A DNA stretch of 64,000 bases from Guillardia theta CCMP2712. Lineage: Eukaryota > Protista > Cryptophyta. The stretch is from NCBI RefSeq assembly GCF_000315625.1, contig NW_005434618.1, positions 387,604 to 451,603 on the forward strand, given 5' to 3'. A program made the position numbers and the translations under genes. Each line of letters opens with the position of its first letter. The first letter of the stretch is position 1. Below are positions 14,597-26,515 of this stretch, in pieces. Under the pieces are notes generated by a model that had not been told where the DNA came from, did not search any database, and was given only the letters and a program-made list of their open reading frames with translations.

Positions 14597-16315
14597 CCAG
14601 AGCGCCAGTCAAACTTCTACTTCTGGCTTTACTGCCATCCACTGCTCTAATAAGATATACCTGACCTGCCCTAATGCCACTACGGGTCTGGTTCCAAGTT
14701 CAGACTGGAGAGGTTGCTACTTCTCCTTGATTCCGCAACGCAGCTATGTTACATAACCTCGCCTGGCGTCAAATTTTGAAACCACCTCGCTTCCTCTCAC
14801 TCCCCTCACTCTCAAGAAATCTATCAAGAGCCTGCTCTAACAGACTGGCTCTGACTGATGTTGTGATGCGAAGCCTCGTCCGTTCCGAGGTGGTACGCAT
14901 ACCCCTTATGTTCTCCAAGAGTTGTTAGAGCTGTGTGGGAGTACGGGGACCAAAACATGGAGGGCCGCCGGCTAACCTGGACCTTCATCCGGCAACACCC
15001 GCTCATGCAACATGGATGGCAGCTGAGGTTGTTCCGATCAGGGGAAGGAACCCCTCTCCTCTCTCTCTCTCTCCATGTCTATCTGTCTCTCTCCTCCCTT
15101 GCTCCCTGTTCTGGAAGGCGTTGTACGTTCTCGACATTAAAAAGCGCGTGTCAACATAGTGGATTCGGGTGGGGTGTCGGGTCATTGGCATGGGGTAGGA
15201 GGGTGGTGAATAGTACCACAGATATTTGAAATCAAGGGGTAGGGTGAACAAGGGGGTGGTTTAAGTTGCTTAGGAATGATGGGGGTCACGAATTTGATTT
15301 GTAAACATGGGGACAAATGAATCAGCGAAGACTCTTGAAGAGAAGAAGAGAAGAAGAGAAGAAGAGAAGGAGTGAAGAAGAGAAGAAGAGAAGGAGTCAA
15401 GAAGAGAAGAAGAGAAGAAGAGAAGAAGAGAAGAGGAGAAGAAGAGAAGAGGCAGGATGTATAGTCAATGCCCAGGCGAGTCCAGACAAGGCTCATCAAG
15501 GCAAGGGATGTAAAATAAGGAATGAGAGAAAGGATTGTGTTAAAGCATAGGTAAGAACTTGAAACAAGCATGCAACGCGAAGAATATTCGCATCTATTGA
15601 GGTACGACGAGGGGATATTGATCAGAGTATCGAGGCAGGGCCAGGCAGATGAATTCAAGCGTGAAGAGATCGAGAACATCTGACCAGAAAGTAAAAGTAC
15701 GAGAAAAGGAAGTGAGAGACCGAGTCGTCGGACGCTAATGATGCTGTCTCAGTGGTATAAAGTGAGAGACCGTGTGGTCGGACGTTGATCATGCCGTCTT
15801 AGCGACATCACTGACATGTGCTCTCTACGTGCTCGCTCTACAAGCCTCCTTCTCGGATGTGATGTGGTGTGGTGTGATGTGATGAGATGAGAGAAAGAGA
15901 CAGGAGGCGCGTTCTAGAACATCACTACGTCTCTACCCCACGTATCATGGCTGAGGATGCTCTCGCTCCCTGAAGTGTAGTTGGATCAGGTGACGAAGAC
16001 CATCACATCTCAGAAGGATGGATCTCCCAGTGAACAGATCACTCTAAAACGAGCAAACAGACCCGAAGATCAACCTTATTTGCACAACGATCGATTAACA
16101 TTGACACACATCCATATACACCAAAGCTGTGACATTCAATCTAGTACAACAAATTCAAGTGCAGCATCTACAATGCTAAATTAACGAATACACCATGTCT
16201 AGCGAGTCAACTTGTATCAAATCGTTATTGCAAAAGCCTACTTCAGGCAAGATTAATCAAGGATTCCACACAAAAATCGACAACAATCCAAGTTTCAAAT
16301 TTATTAAGATTACAT

Positions 16316-16486
16316 TTACTCGTAGAGAGACTTGGTGTAGGTGGCGGTGGCAGCTACGTAGGCATCACGGGCAGCCTTGTAGGGGCCAGTGGCGAGCTTG
16401 AGCTCGTTGGCGGCCTTGAGGTAGGCGTCGCGGGTGGCGCGGTAGGTGGTGGCGTAATCCTCGAGGTCGAAGAGAAGGGAGAACAT
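16316..16486 (-). CDS. 56-aa Ala/Tyr/Thr-rich peptide, copy 1 (putative ejectisin/Tri ejectisome protein)
   Basis: MFSLLFDLEDYATTYRATRDAYLKAANELKLATGPYKAARDAYVAATATYTKSLYE*; strongly C-ending codons; AATAAA 10 nt after stop. Confidence 0.8.
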   Translation of the reverse strand: MFSLLFDLEDYATTYRATRDAYLKAANELKLATGPYKAARDAYVAATATYTKSLYE

Positions 16487-16949
16487 CTCAGTGTGAGCTC
16501 TCCCTCCCGCTCCTCCTCCTTTATCCCCTCCCGCTCCCTCCTGCTCTATTTCCGGCCTTGCCTAGCGCCAAGACACCCTGTGCCACAAGATGCTTCTTAT
16601 GAGCGAGGACGCCGAGGCGAACCTGCCAGACATGCCTCCGGCGTCTGACTGGGCCCTGCGGGTTTTCAGATCGAACACACCTCTAGTGGTGGGGCTCTGC
16701 TGGGCGTGGAGGTGACGATCTGACAGCTGAGGCAGGCGATCCCACCCGAAATAGATCTGGAAGACCACACGTACGGGTGGAGACCCTGCTAAAAGGAGGG
16801 GTGCATCGACTGTATAATGAAGCACGGGGAGGAAAAGCTGGAGCAGGAGGGGGTGGGGTGTGAGTATCACCCGGTGGTATACGAGGAGGAGCGGGGGAGT
16901 CTGCCGGGTGGGGGTAGGCAAGGCCGGAAATAGAGCAGGAGGGAGCGGG

Positions 16950-16992
16950 AGGGAATAAAGGAGGAGGAGCGGGAGGGAGAGCTCACACTGAG
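16950..16992 (+). promoter_or_regulatory. TATA-like (G/A)ATAAA ~28 nt upstream of an Inr-like TCAC, conserved before all four peptide copies
   Basis: GGGAATAAAGGAGGAGGAGCGGGAGGGAGAGCTCACACTGAG-ATG; function inferred from position. Confidence 0.5.
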
Positions 16993-17163
16993 ATGTTCTC
17001 CCTTCTCTTCGACCTCGAGGATTACGCCACCACCTACCGCGCCACCCGCGACGCCTACCTCAAGGCCGCCAACGAGCTCAAGCTCGCCACTGGCCCCTAC
17101 AAGGCTGCCCGTGATGCCTACGTAGCTGCCACCGCCACCTACACCAAGTCTCTCTACGAGTAA
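16993..17163 (+). CDS. 56-aa peptide, copy 2 (putative ejectisin)
   Basis: CDS identical to copy 1; AATAAA at 17174-17179. Confidence 0.8.
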   Translation: MFSLLFDLEDYATTYRATRDAYLKAANELKLATGPYKAARDAYVAATATYTKSLYE

Positions 17164-18374
17164 ATGTAATCTTAATAAACTATTCTTTCAAATTACTTGT
17201 TCTTGTGTTCAATTTTTCCTCTTCAACTGTACTTGGATGGATGAATGTTTGATGTGAAAGTGATGTCAAAGAAACGGTAAGACTCGTGTCTCGTGATATA
17301 TCATTCTGTGATATCGTGTGTAGATCGTGCTGCAGTTGCTTGATGGTGTTTTCATTTTCGTATGGCAAGTTTTTGTGGTTGTTCATGTCTTTCTCTGCTT
17401 TTACTGGGGTTTGCATCACGAAACTCGATCTCATGGTGAGCTGGGAGCGGGACGTTGAAGCTTTTATATGCTTTCAGTTGATCAAGTTCAAGGGAAACAG
17501 TCCCGAAGAGGAAAATCTACAGCTTCAGACGGCTTTACGTCCCCTCCTTCTCTCGCTCCGTTCGATAATGCGGCGACCAACTGCTTCCATGGAGACTGAT
17601 TGCCATCATGGTGTGAGCAACACGCTCGGCGAAAAGTATGATAAGGAGAAGCACTACATCATGGGAGTCGAAGGTCCTGAGAATCCACCTTGGGACACTC
17701 AACTGAGCTCAGAAACTTGTGACAGTCCGGGGACATCCCTCAACTTGAAGCCGCTGATGTTGATATGAGTTGGAAGCTCACCCGGGCCAGCTCGAGTCAA
17801 GGATCGGAGATTGGCGCAACGAGCACAGCATCGAGCGACTTGTTTGGTACTTGTGATCATGATAATTGAAGCCACATGGGATTCCGACGCTCGAGTAAAT
17901 GTTCCAAACCGTTGCTTGAGAGCTACATGATTGCCCCCAGATACTCAGCAAGTCATCTGTCTCCTTCACCCACTGCAGGTTGACATTAGCTTCATACGAT
18001 ATCACTGTTCCGTTCCCAAGTTCTTGAAGTCGATAGCATTGCGTACTTGTTTGCTTGGCAAGCTCGTCGCTGAAAGCGGCTTGCAAACGTTGCTCGAAAG
18101 CTTGCCTCCTACGCGCTGACCCTGCTGCCTCTGGCCTCAAACAAGGCGGGAGTCGACCTTCGGGGACCAGTACCGGTGGTGGTAAAGCAGGGAAAACTAG
18201 GGGTGGGCATATAAAAAATGTTTGCAGACGGGATAGGATTTAGGGAGGAGCACCTTGCAGAGAGGGAGACAGCTTTGTGATGAAAGAGAAGGTCGGAGAG
18301 GCATCAGAAGGATAGTGAGATGATTGGCAGGCAACAAGAACGCTTTCTGATGCGAGGAGGGTGGTGAAGAGAGC

Positions 18375-20133
18375 ATGAAACGATCGCTTGGTCGTTGGGA
18401 GCTCCTGGGATGGCTCAACGACTTTCTGAGTCTTGACTACTCAAAGGTGTGAGAGCGAATTCAAGCTTTGAGCGGCTGAATCCCATGCAGGTTGAAGATT
18501 GTGCAGACGGCATCGCCTACTGTCAGATATTCGACGCCATCTATCCTGGGAAAGTGCCGCTGCACAAGCTAAATTTTCAAGCCAAGACGCAGGATGAGAA
18601 GCTGAAAAATCTTCGTGTATGTTGTGTCACGTTTCGCAAACCTAGCTTGACACCCTCCCGGAAGATTCTCGAGAAAGCAACGAGAGAGTCTGGAGTGCTG
18701 AGGCCAGTCCAAGTCGAGAAGATTGCAAGCGGCTCCTTCCCTGAGAACCTTGCGTGCGAGAGAGATGCACAAACAAGAAGGTGCTCTAGTCACTAGTTGC
18801 GCAGGTTCTTGCAGTACTGTCATGGTCTCGTGCAAAAGAATTGTCCTGGCGCTCATCTGCAGTACAACGCGTATCGCCGTCGCATGGAAGCCCTAGAGAA
18901 AGGTGCTTCCCCTGCCTTGATGGTGTAGCCGAGACGAGTTGCTTCAGGTGGGCACAGGGCGGAGACGAGGGCTCATCCCATGTACAAGGAATACCGGGAG
19001 AAAGGATGGCGCGGGCTCGGTGGTGGCATCGATGCCTCGACCTCTGGCAGCACTGACGCCATGCCGGAGCGATTGTATTCCTCCTCACTTCAACATTCAA
19101 CAAAACGCGATGACCTGGCGCCTCTGGATTTCATGCAGGAAGCTCAAAGATTCTCTCCTGGTCTGTTGTTTGGACGATCTCACGTCCGAAGAGAATGACT
19201 TGACTTCGTTTCAACAGATGGACAAGATCACAGGCCCATACGGCAGAGGCAGAAGACGTCGAGCAAATCTCGGTCGGTTGCGGGAGGTCTACAGGGCGAG
19301 GACTGGCTCTCCGGCAAAAATCTCGTGGCCAGCACACAACGAGGGCATGAAACCGGTGTCCGACATTCCAGTTTTCGTCCGCCGCCAGAAAAAGTGACAA
19401 CAGTTGCATCTCTGATGGTACCGCTGACCTGCTCGCCCAACAGCACGCCAATGAGATCTTGTTCACGTCATCGGGGAGGTTACTCCGAGAGCTGCAACCG
19501 CAGAGATACTCCGGACTCGTGGAGAGCGAGAGTGACGAGGACTCTCAGGACAGACATGGAGAGATGGAGATCAAGGCTTCCTCCCCACTGATCTTTGATG
19601 ACCCCGACATCGATGATCTTTTACAGCATCAAGTAGACCCGCGTACGTCAGAGAGCGCGCGAATGAAATCGCACCAGGATGTTTCACAGAGAGAGGACCA
19701 TTTCATGCAGGAGAAGATCGAGAAGCTCCTATCAATGATGCAGCAGGATCTGACTTCGCGCTTGATGTCGCAGGCTGCAAAACGGGTAAGTGTTTCGGTC
19801 TCAATGTGCACGACAACATTCTACGTCATGAACTCCTTCCCGCTTTCCATTTCATCACATGCTTCTCTTTCTTTGACAGCGGGAAAATGCCCTTGACATT
19901 CGAGTGCAGGAGAAGATCAGGCAGCTGCAAGAAGAAAGAGACTTTTACTTGGACAAGCTAGAAAGGATTTCGCGGTTGTGCCAGCAGTTCCCGAGGTTCG
20001 CTTTGATGTGCTCTCCTTCTGAATCTCTTGTCTGATAGTAGCGGCTGACCAAGGATGTTCGCGCAGCTCGCTGACTTCAAGTCAGATCGATCGGGTTATC
20101 TCAGCTGACTTGTCATGTTTTCACAAAGTCTAA
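18375..20133 (+). CDS. EB1/MAPRE-like microtubule end-binding protein (N-terminal CH domain, C-terminal EBH motif); multi-exon
   Basis: LGRWELLGWLNDFLSLDYSK/VEDCADGIAYCQIFDAIYPGKVPLHKLNF; C-terminal LQEERDFYLDKLERI. Confidence 0.8.
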
Positions 20134-20635
20134 TCCAGCGCCCGGGGCCTCCTGTCACGAGTTTTGATGGTCAAGTTGATAAACTAAATTTAACTTTGAG
20201 TAAACGGGTTCCGGGAACTTGAAGTTAGTTCACTGCCGGGCGGCTGGGCCGGGCGGCGGCGGGCGGTCCCACCGCCGTCTCCGCCCCGGCCCGGTCACGG
20301 TGGCCGGGCAGTGACGGGGTCGGACTCACTACTAGGCTAACGGGACGGTCACCGGGCGGCCCCACTCAGGCCACTGCGGCCGGGGGCCAGCGGCGGCTCA
20401 GTGTGGCCGGGCCCCTGACAGTGGCAACACGCCGGTGCGGTTCAGCCGAACTTCTGTGACGCCCGGCCGGTTTCCGACCGGGTTCAAGGCCGGGCCTTTT
20501 ATTTTAGGCCTCTCACTTGAACTTGACCCGGCCCGAGTCCACTTCGCTGTTTTTTTTTTTCCCGCCTTGAATACCGGCCCGTGTAAAAGCTGGAAAAAAG
20601 ACAAGAATGGGGGCCAATGGTGGAGTCGACTGAGG

Positions 20636-22705
20636 ATGCGAGAGGTCGATGAGAGCGAGCGGGAGCAATCAGCAGAAGATGTGAAAGAACATCTGTCCGA
20701 GCCCTCATAGTCTCTGCTCCTATCATGCTCAAAGATCCTGCACAAAATGAGGCAGAGGCAGCTGAAGAATCCACTACGCATCTGCAGCGATGGGCCGCTC
20801 GCTTCGGTGGCGATCACATGGTTGCTAGCACACAAGTCAGCTTGAAGCCAGGCAAGGGTGAAGGGCCCTCTCCTCAACAAGAAGCAAAGAGTCTGCCAGA
20901 GAGGAAGCTAACTTTGAGGTCCTGCTTTAGGAGAGGAGGATTTCGACTCACGTTCGAGCAGGGAACTGAAACATCACCACAAGTTCTGTGATGACTTCAT
21001 CCCGCAACTCATGACGAGGATCGGACAAGACGACCATGTCGAGACCCGAAGGCTGCTGGAGAGACTGAACCTTGTCAGTGAGTTCACCCACCATCGAGCC
21101 CTGCTCCATTGCGACTCAAGTTCCCTGGCGTTGCAGGCGGGGGGAATGCAGCGCGTGGAGGCGGTTGGATCGAGAGTGACGCGTACAAGCACGACGGAGC
21201 TCGAGTAGGTAGGAGCGTTCTAGTCCTTCTACCTGCACGTCCGTAACAGGCACCGCAGGGTATGTTTCGAGACGATTCAGGCATGCTGCCATGCTCTTCT
21301 TCGGCTGTTACGGGCTCCATGGTGAGGGATGAGACTTGTTGCGGCAGGCAGAGGAGTGCTCAGATCCCCATCGTGCTCTTGCATCCTTGCTGCCAGGAGC
21401 CTCTAGCGGTAGATCGTTTCCTCGTGCCGCGTTGGGAGGTGAAGAAAAGGGTACAGGGCTTGTGGAGAAAGGAGAGGTGCAACGTCGCAGCGATCGGAGG
21501 AGGCCCCGGCAGTGAAGTAGGAGGATGCAGGAGCGATGGTGTGACGCTGACGGGGAGAGCAGGCGATAGGGCTGTAAGTCACGACACAGGACCCGGGAAG
21601 AGGGGATGTACTGAGAGGATGAAAAACAGCTTCATCCTACGCGACTTCCTTGCCCAGACAACAGCCTTCAACTTCTTCATCGCTGACCTGGAGATCGGTT
21701 GGTCCAAGGTCAGAGCTTCTCTAGAGCAGCGTGTGCAGTGACCGGTTGCCAGGTGGCAAGCCACGTGCTCCCCGTCTACGAGGAGTGTAGGAGGTGACTG
21801 CTGTTGACTGAGAGCTGTAGCTACCAGAAACAGGGTGTCTGACATCGAGCGTCAGGCAGTCAGCGGGAGATTGCACCACGTTCACAAGGGCAAACATCCT
21901 GTTTGATCTCAGGTTTCTATCCTCTGAGGAGACAGACCTAGCCCATCATGACTCCCTCCTCTCTCCTCCCTCCTCCACCAATCTCCCTCCTCCACCATTG
22001 TCCTCCCTTCTCTCTCCTCTCCTCCCCCATCAGTCATCCGGAGAACTCCGAGCTCCACGCTGCCATCGTCGGCGATGGTCCCAATACTAGCCTGGACATG
22101 ATCATCTTCTCCTACGTCGTTGCCGAGAATGCCGTCGAGCTGAAGGCGAGCCCTGCGGCTCTGAGACTCTCTGTTCATGTTCCGTCACCCAGGCAAACGA
22201 CTTGGGGCTGGTGAAGGACCTCCTGGTCCGCGGCAAAGATGTCAACTGCAGCAATGTGCATGCTTGTATCGGCTGAACCACCCACAGAACGTTGCTGTGC
22301 TCTTCCTGGACAGCTCCTTCCGGATGTGGCCGACCATAGCTGAGGTGCCAAGACTGGCCTGTCGTCCGCCTCCTAACTTCCTACGAGCAGGTTGGAGCGG
22401 CGCATGGGTATCAAGCGTCGAACCCCAGGAACGGCACGCCTGTATTGTCTCCGTCACTCACTCCGCCCTCTCACAGGTGGGAGATAGATCTGCCGGACTG
22501 CAGCAAGAATGTGATGCTCCTCCACAAGACTCAGTCGCCCTCTGGTGTCACAGCTCGCAACTCCTTATGGTCGATGACGTGCTCTACAGGCAAACAAAGC
22601 ATTCCAAACTGGACACGAAGACCGAAGAGGGCAATTCCGCGCTTACTCGCCAAGAAGTCTCAATCCTCCAGTCAACCATATAACCCTACAAGCACTCCAA
22701 ACTGA
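20636..22705 (+). CDS. Putative class I SAM-dependent methyltransferase-like protein; multi-exon, boundaries approximate
   Basis: NVAAIGGGPGSE (motif I), FFIADLEIGW (motif II), LDMIIFSYVVAEN (motif IV-like) in successive exons. Confidence 0.5.
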
Positions 22706-22829
22706 CAGGAGATGAAAATGAATAGAAGAACATGTTGAGGAACACGAAATTCAATCCACGCATCCATGAGACTTCGAATAGTTGTTTGGGACACGAATAA
22801 TTTGAAAGAATAGTTTATTAAGATTACAT

Positions 22830-23000
22830 TTACTCGTAGAGAGACTTGGTGTAGGTGGCGGTGGCAGCTACGTAGGCATCACGGGCAGCCTTGTAGGGGC
22901 CAGTGGCGAGCTTGAGCTCGTTGGCGGCCTTGAGGTAGGCGTCGCGGGTGGCGCGGTAGGTGGTGGCGTAATCCTCGAGGTCGAAGAGAAGGGAGAACAT
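22830..23000 (-). CDS. 56-aa peptide, copy 3 (putative ejectisin)
   Basis: Identical CDS. Confidence 0.8.
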   Translation of the reverse strand: MFSLLFDLEDYATTYRATRDAYLKAANELKLATGPYKAARDAYVAATATYTKSLYE

Positions 23001-23098
23001 CTCAGTGTGAGCTCTCCCTCCCGCTCCTCCTCCTTTATCCCCTCCCGCTCCGCTCTATTTCCGGCCTTGCCTACCCCCACCCGGCAGACTCCACCCCT

Positions 23099-23337
23099 NN
23101 NNNNNNNNNNNNNNNNNNNNNNNNNNNNNNNNNNNNNNNNNNNNNNNNNNNNNNNNNNNNNNNNNNNNNNNNNNNNNNNNNNNNNNNNNNNNNNNNNNNN
23201 NNNNNNNNNNNNNNNNNNNNNNNNNNNNNNNNNNNNNNNNNNNNNNNNNNNNNNNNNNNNNNNNNNNNNNNNNNNNNNNNNNNNNNNNNNNNNNNNNNNN
23301 NNNNNNNNNNNNNNNNNNNNNNNNNNNNNNNNNNNNN
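23099..23337. other. Assembly gap (N run)
   Basis: Run of N. Confidence 1.
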
Positions 23338-23499
23338 GGAGAAGTGAGGGGAAGCTGGGGTAGGGTGTGTCTATCACCCGGTGGCATGACAGGAGGAGCG
23401 GGGGAGTCTGCCGGGTGGGGGTAGGCAAGGCCGGAAATAGAGCAGGAGGGAGCGGGAGGGGATAAAGGAGGAGGAGCGGGAGGCAGAGCTCACACTGAG

Positions 23500-23670
23500 A
23501 TGTTCTCCCTTCTCTTCGACCTCGAGGATTACGCCACCACCTACCGCGCCACCCGCGACGCCTACCTCAAGGCCGCCAACGAGCTCAAGCTCGCCACTGG
23601 CCCCTACAAGGCTGCCCGTGATGCCTACGTAGCTGCCACCGCCACCTACACCAAGTCTCTCTACGAGTAA
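23500..23670 (+). CDS. 56-aa peptide, copy 4 (putative ejectisin)
   Basis: Identical CDS; AATAAA at 23681-23686. Confidence 0.8.
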   Translation: MFSLLFDLEDYATTYRATRDAYLKAANELKLATGPYKAARDAYVAATATYTKSLYE

Positions 23671-26336
23671 ATGTAATCTTAATAAACTCTGGAAGCACAT
23701 CTTTCGTTTGGTTGTTCCTTCACAATTTTTTTATGTACTTAAAATTCTCTCAGGTTCAATTGTAAGCAACAGATGTACATATTTCATTGTAGAGAAGAGC
23801 AACTTTCAATCTTGTCCTGAGTCGGCTGAACATTGCATCTATACTTCTCTCGTGAAATTTCTTTCCGAATTTGTACAAAACATGCGCACCATTTATAATG
23901 AAGACTTCTATGGTTATGATTGTTTTTTCCGTCCTGACCAGCTATCAATGGGAGATGCGCTTCGTTTCGTAACAGACGGCTTCTGATCGTTCCCTGTTGG
24001 ATGATCGAAGGCTGCATCGGGATTGAAGTCTGATTCTTTTGGGGAGCCATCTTGAGGCTCGTGGTTGGCTGTCGAGTGATCAGAAGCTTCAGACTCCTGA
24101 GATGTGCTCCTCAATGTGAGCATCAAAACAATCATGTTGTCTCACCGGATCACAGTCGTAGCCTTCCGGTGGAACATAATTGGCAAGGGCCACAGCTGCT
24201 GGTATGTCAAGTAAGTCTCCAGTATCAGGCTCGGATCTGCTGGTCCTTTGCTGAAGCCATGGCTTCCTCATGTCCACCACATCCATCGCTTCTCTGCAAT
24301 CGAAGGTTTAAAATTTCCCTGTTCCTGGAGTTGAATGGAACATCGAGAATGTGCACATTCTGAATGCTGCTCTCGCGCAGCCTCTTGCCATTGCAGAGTT
24401 CTTACTTCACAGATGAATGTGATCATGAATCGAAAAGCAGGCTTTGTGAAAGTTTCTATACATGAAAAGCTACAAGGAGTTTAACAATGAAATTTGCTCA
24501 ACACTAACAGCACTCCTCAATAAAAAGTCAAATGACTGCACTGCCAGTGCCTTGGTGTATGGAGAAAAAAACGGGAGGGGGGGGGGGACAGGGGAAGTGA
24601 GGGGGGGGGGGAGGGGGGGCTGTTCCACTTTTTGGTTTCAAACGAGCATTGAGAGCTATTCTACTTCAGCATCAATGAACTTGTTCCAGTTTGAAAAGCA
24701 AGACATACAAGTCCTTGAAGAGAAGGAATTGTAGTAGTCAGTCAAAAGTGGTTGATGACATGCCTCAGGACGAGCAAAAGAAAATGAGCCTGAACAACCA
24801 GGATAGGTAGATTAAGAGCTACAGAGAGGTGTCGTTGAAGGAGCAAACGAATAGCCTCAGACGCTTATTGAGTGAGACAAAAGAGTCACAGGAAGGTGGT
24901 GGACAGGCAATAGCGTGCGTCCGAGGCAGGGGTCAATCGGAAGTGTTTGTGTGTGTTTTTGTGTGTCTGTGTGTAGGAAGAGGGGCGGGCGGGGAGGTTT
25001 ATCAAGCCGGAGTGAAGAGGCAGAAGAGGGAAAGAATGCACAGAGAGAAGAGAGGTAAAAGCTATGAGTACATGAAGGCTCAGAGAGGAAGAATAACTGA
25101 CTATGAAGAGAAGCAAAAAGGCAGATCATGACAGGAAAAGGCCACTTTGGGACCACAGAGATCAAACAAGGTTCTAAAGCCATGAAAGCTGAGGGTGACC
25201 TATCCTTGTTTGTCAGTTTGAAGGCATCCTTTATAATCACTAGAGGTCTTATGGATGTCCTTCTGAATAGCGTTGCGTAGTGTGCCCAGTTTAGTTAACC
25301 TGGAGAAAGGGGTTAAGATCTAGGTTAAATCCATAGATGACCCTAGCTAAAGATTCCAGTTATCAATTTGTACCACAACCATTGCTTTTTTTTAACTGTC
25401 AACAACTCGTTCCATCGATGCATTCATGCCGCGCAGTGCGGTTGCCATGCTATGCAGAAAGAATGCAGATCTGATGCGTATGCGAAGGTTGCGTTGCAGT
25501 CATATGAGATTCCAGCAACAGAGATATTGCATGAGCCGCTCATGCAATATCTCTGTTGCTGTCAATGCAGGAAATCAACAACATGAAGCTTACAGTATGA
25601 AATCATTTATTGCATGAACTTCCTCAATTCAAGCGAAAGCTCACGATATTTGTGTCCCCTTCAGGATTCATGTCTACAATCCTTGGTGACTACAGATGAG
25701 CTCACTGGAATCTGCATAGCTTGACACATGCACAGGAAGCGGTGACGTTAGCCCGTTGGAATATCCTTCGAAGTTTACCTTTGCCTGTTCTTGAACATAT
25801 GCATGTTGCTATGAAAAGATGCTGTATGTTAATCATATGTACCGTTGAACATTACATTTGGATTCGTTATCATTGTCCTCGTTGAACACACAACAGGAAA
25901 GCTTTCAGCAACACAATCTTGCTGTCTCAGAGATGTTCAACAGCGAGCAACAAGAGCTAATAAAGAGTGAGGGTGAGCTAGGTGTGCAGGCTGCCATGAG
26001 TCTATGCTGACAGGATGATAGTCGATGTTATGTTGTCAGTCAGATGGAGAGGCAGAGGTTCACGGGAAGGAAGTCGGGCGAGGCTGCGCACGCCATGTGT
26101 ACGCTGTGTGGAACGCCCTGCCAGGGCGCCGCTCGTCGGCTTTTACCGAGATGTCGAACCGTTGCGATTTAGCTATTCAAACGCTATTCAGGCCCTGAAT
26201 AGTGACATAGGAAACTATTCAGAGCCTGAATAGTGTCTGAATTCAGAGCTGATTTAAGTAAAACTTTAGTACCTACGCTACGCAATTCAGGGCTTCCATA
26301 AGACCTCTACTGTAAATGAATTGTCGAACAACACAC

Positions 26337-26408
26337 GGGGATTTGGTCTAGCGGTATGATTCTCGCTTAGGGTGCGAGAGGTCCCGGGTTCGAACCCCGG
26401 AATCCCCC
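26337..26408 (+). tRNA. trnP: tRNA-Pro (anticodon AGG)
   Basis: Acceptor GGGGATT/AATCCCC, D arm TGGTCTAGCGGTATGA, anticodon stem CTCGC-TTAGGGT-GCGAG, T arm CCGGG-TTCGAAC-CCCGG. Confidence 0.97.
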
Positions 26409-26515
26409 TGCGACAGCAGGGCCCGTGGGATTCCAAGCTCACTGAGCTGGTGTACTCTCCCTCGTAACTTTTTTGCTTTAACTTTATAAATTGTTTTTGT
26501 GGATTTTTTGCCACC

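Larger units (their letters stand above)
16300..17179. repeat. Inverted repeat: 265-bp arms (16300-16564 / 16915-17179), 350-bp spacer
   Basis: Arms are reverse complements with one visible mismatch; each arm is a whole small gene. Confidence 0.95.
22812..23688. repeat. Second inverted repeat (arms ~22812-23092 / ~23403-23688) with an assembly gap in the spacer
   Basis: Reverse-complement arms with a small indel upstream of the CDS. Confidence 0.92.

Noticed and set aside
16300-17179. MITE/foldback transposon interpretation of the inverted repeats
   Set aside because: Arms coincide with a promoter-CDS-polyA unit, no TSD is visible and the spacers of the two pairs differ
17400-18240. Minus-strand multi-exon gene between peptide copy 2 and the EB1-like gene
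   Set aside because: Exon-like pieces exist but no consistent model or family could be supported
23700-26250. AT-richer stretch as a second mobile element
   Set aside because: Only short ORFs, no terminal repeats or transposase motifs; may be degenerate or intron-rich genes that could not be modelled
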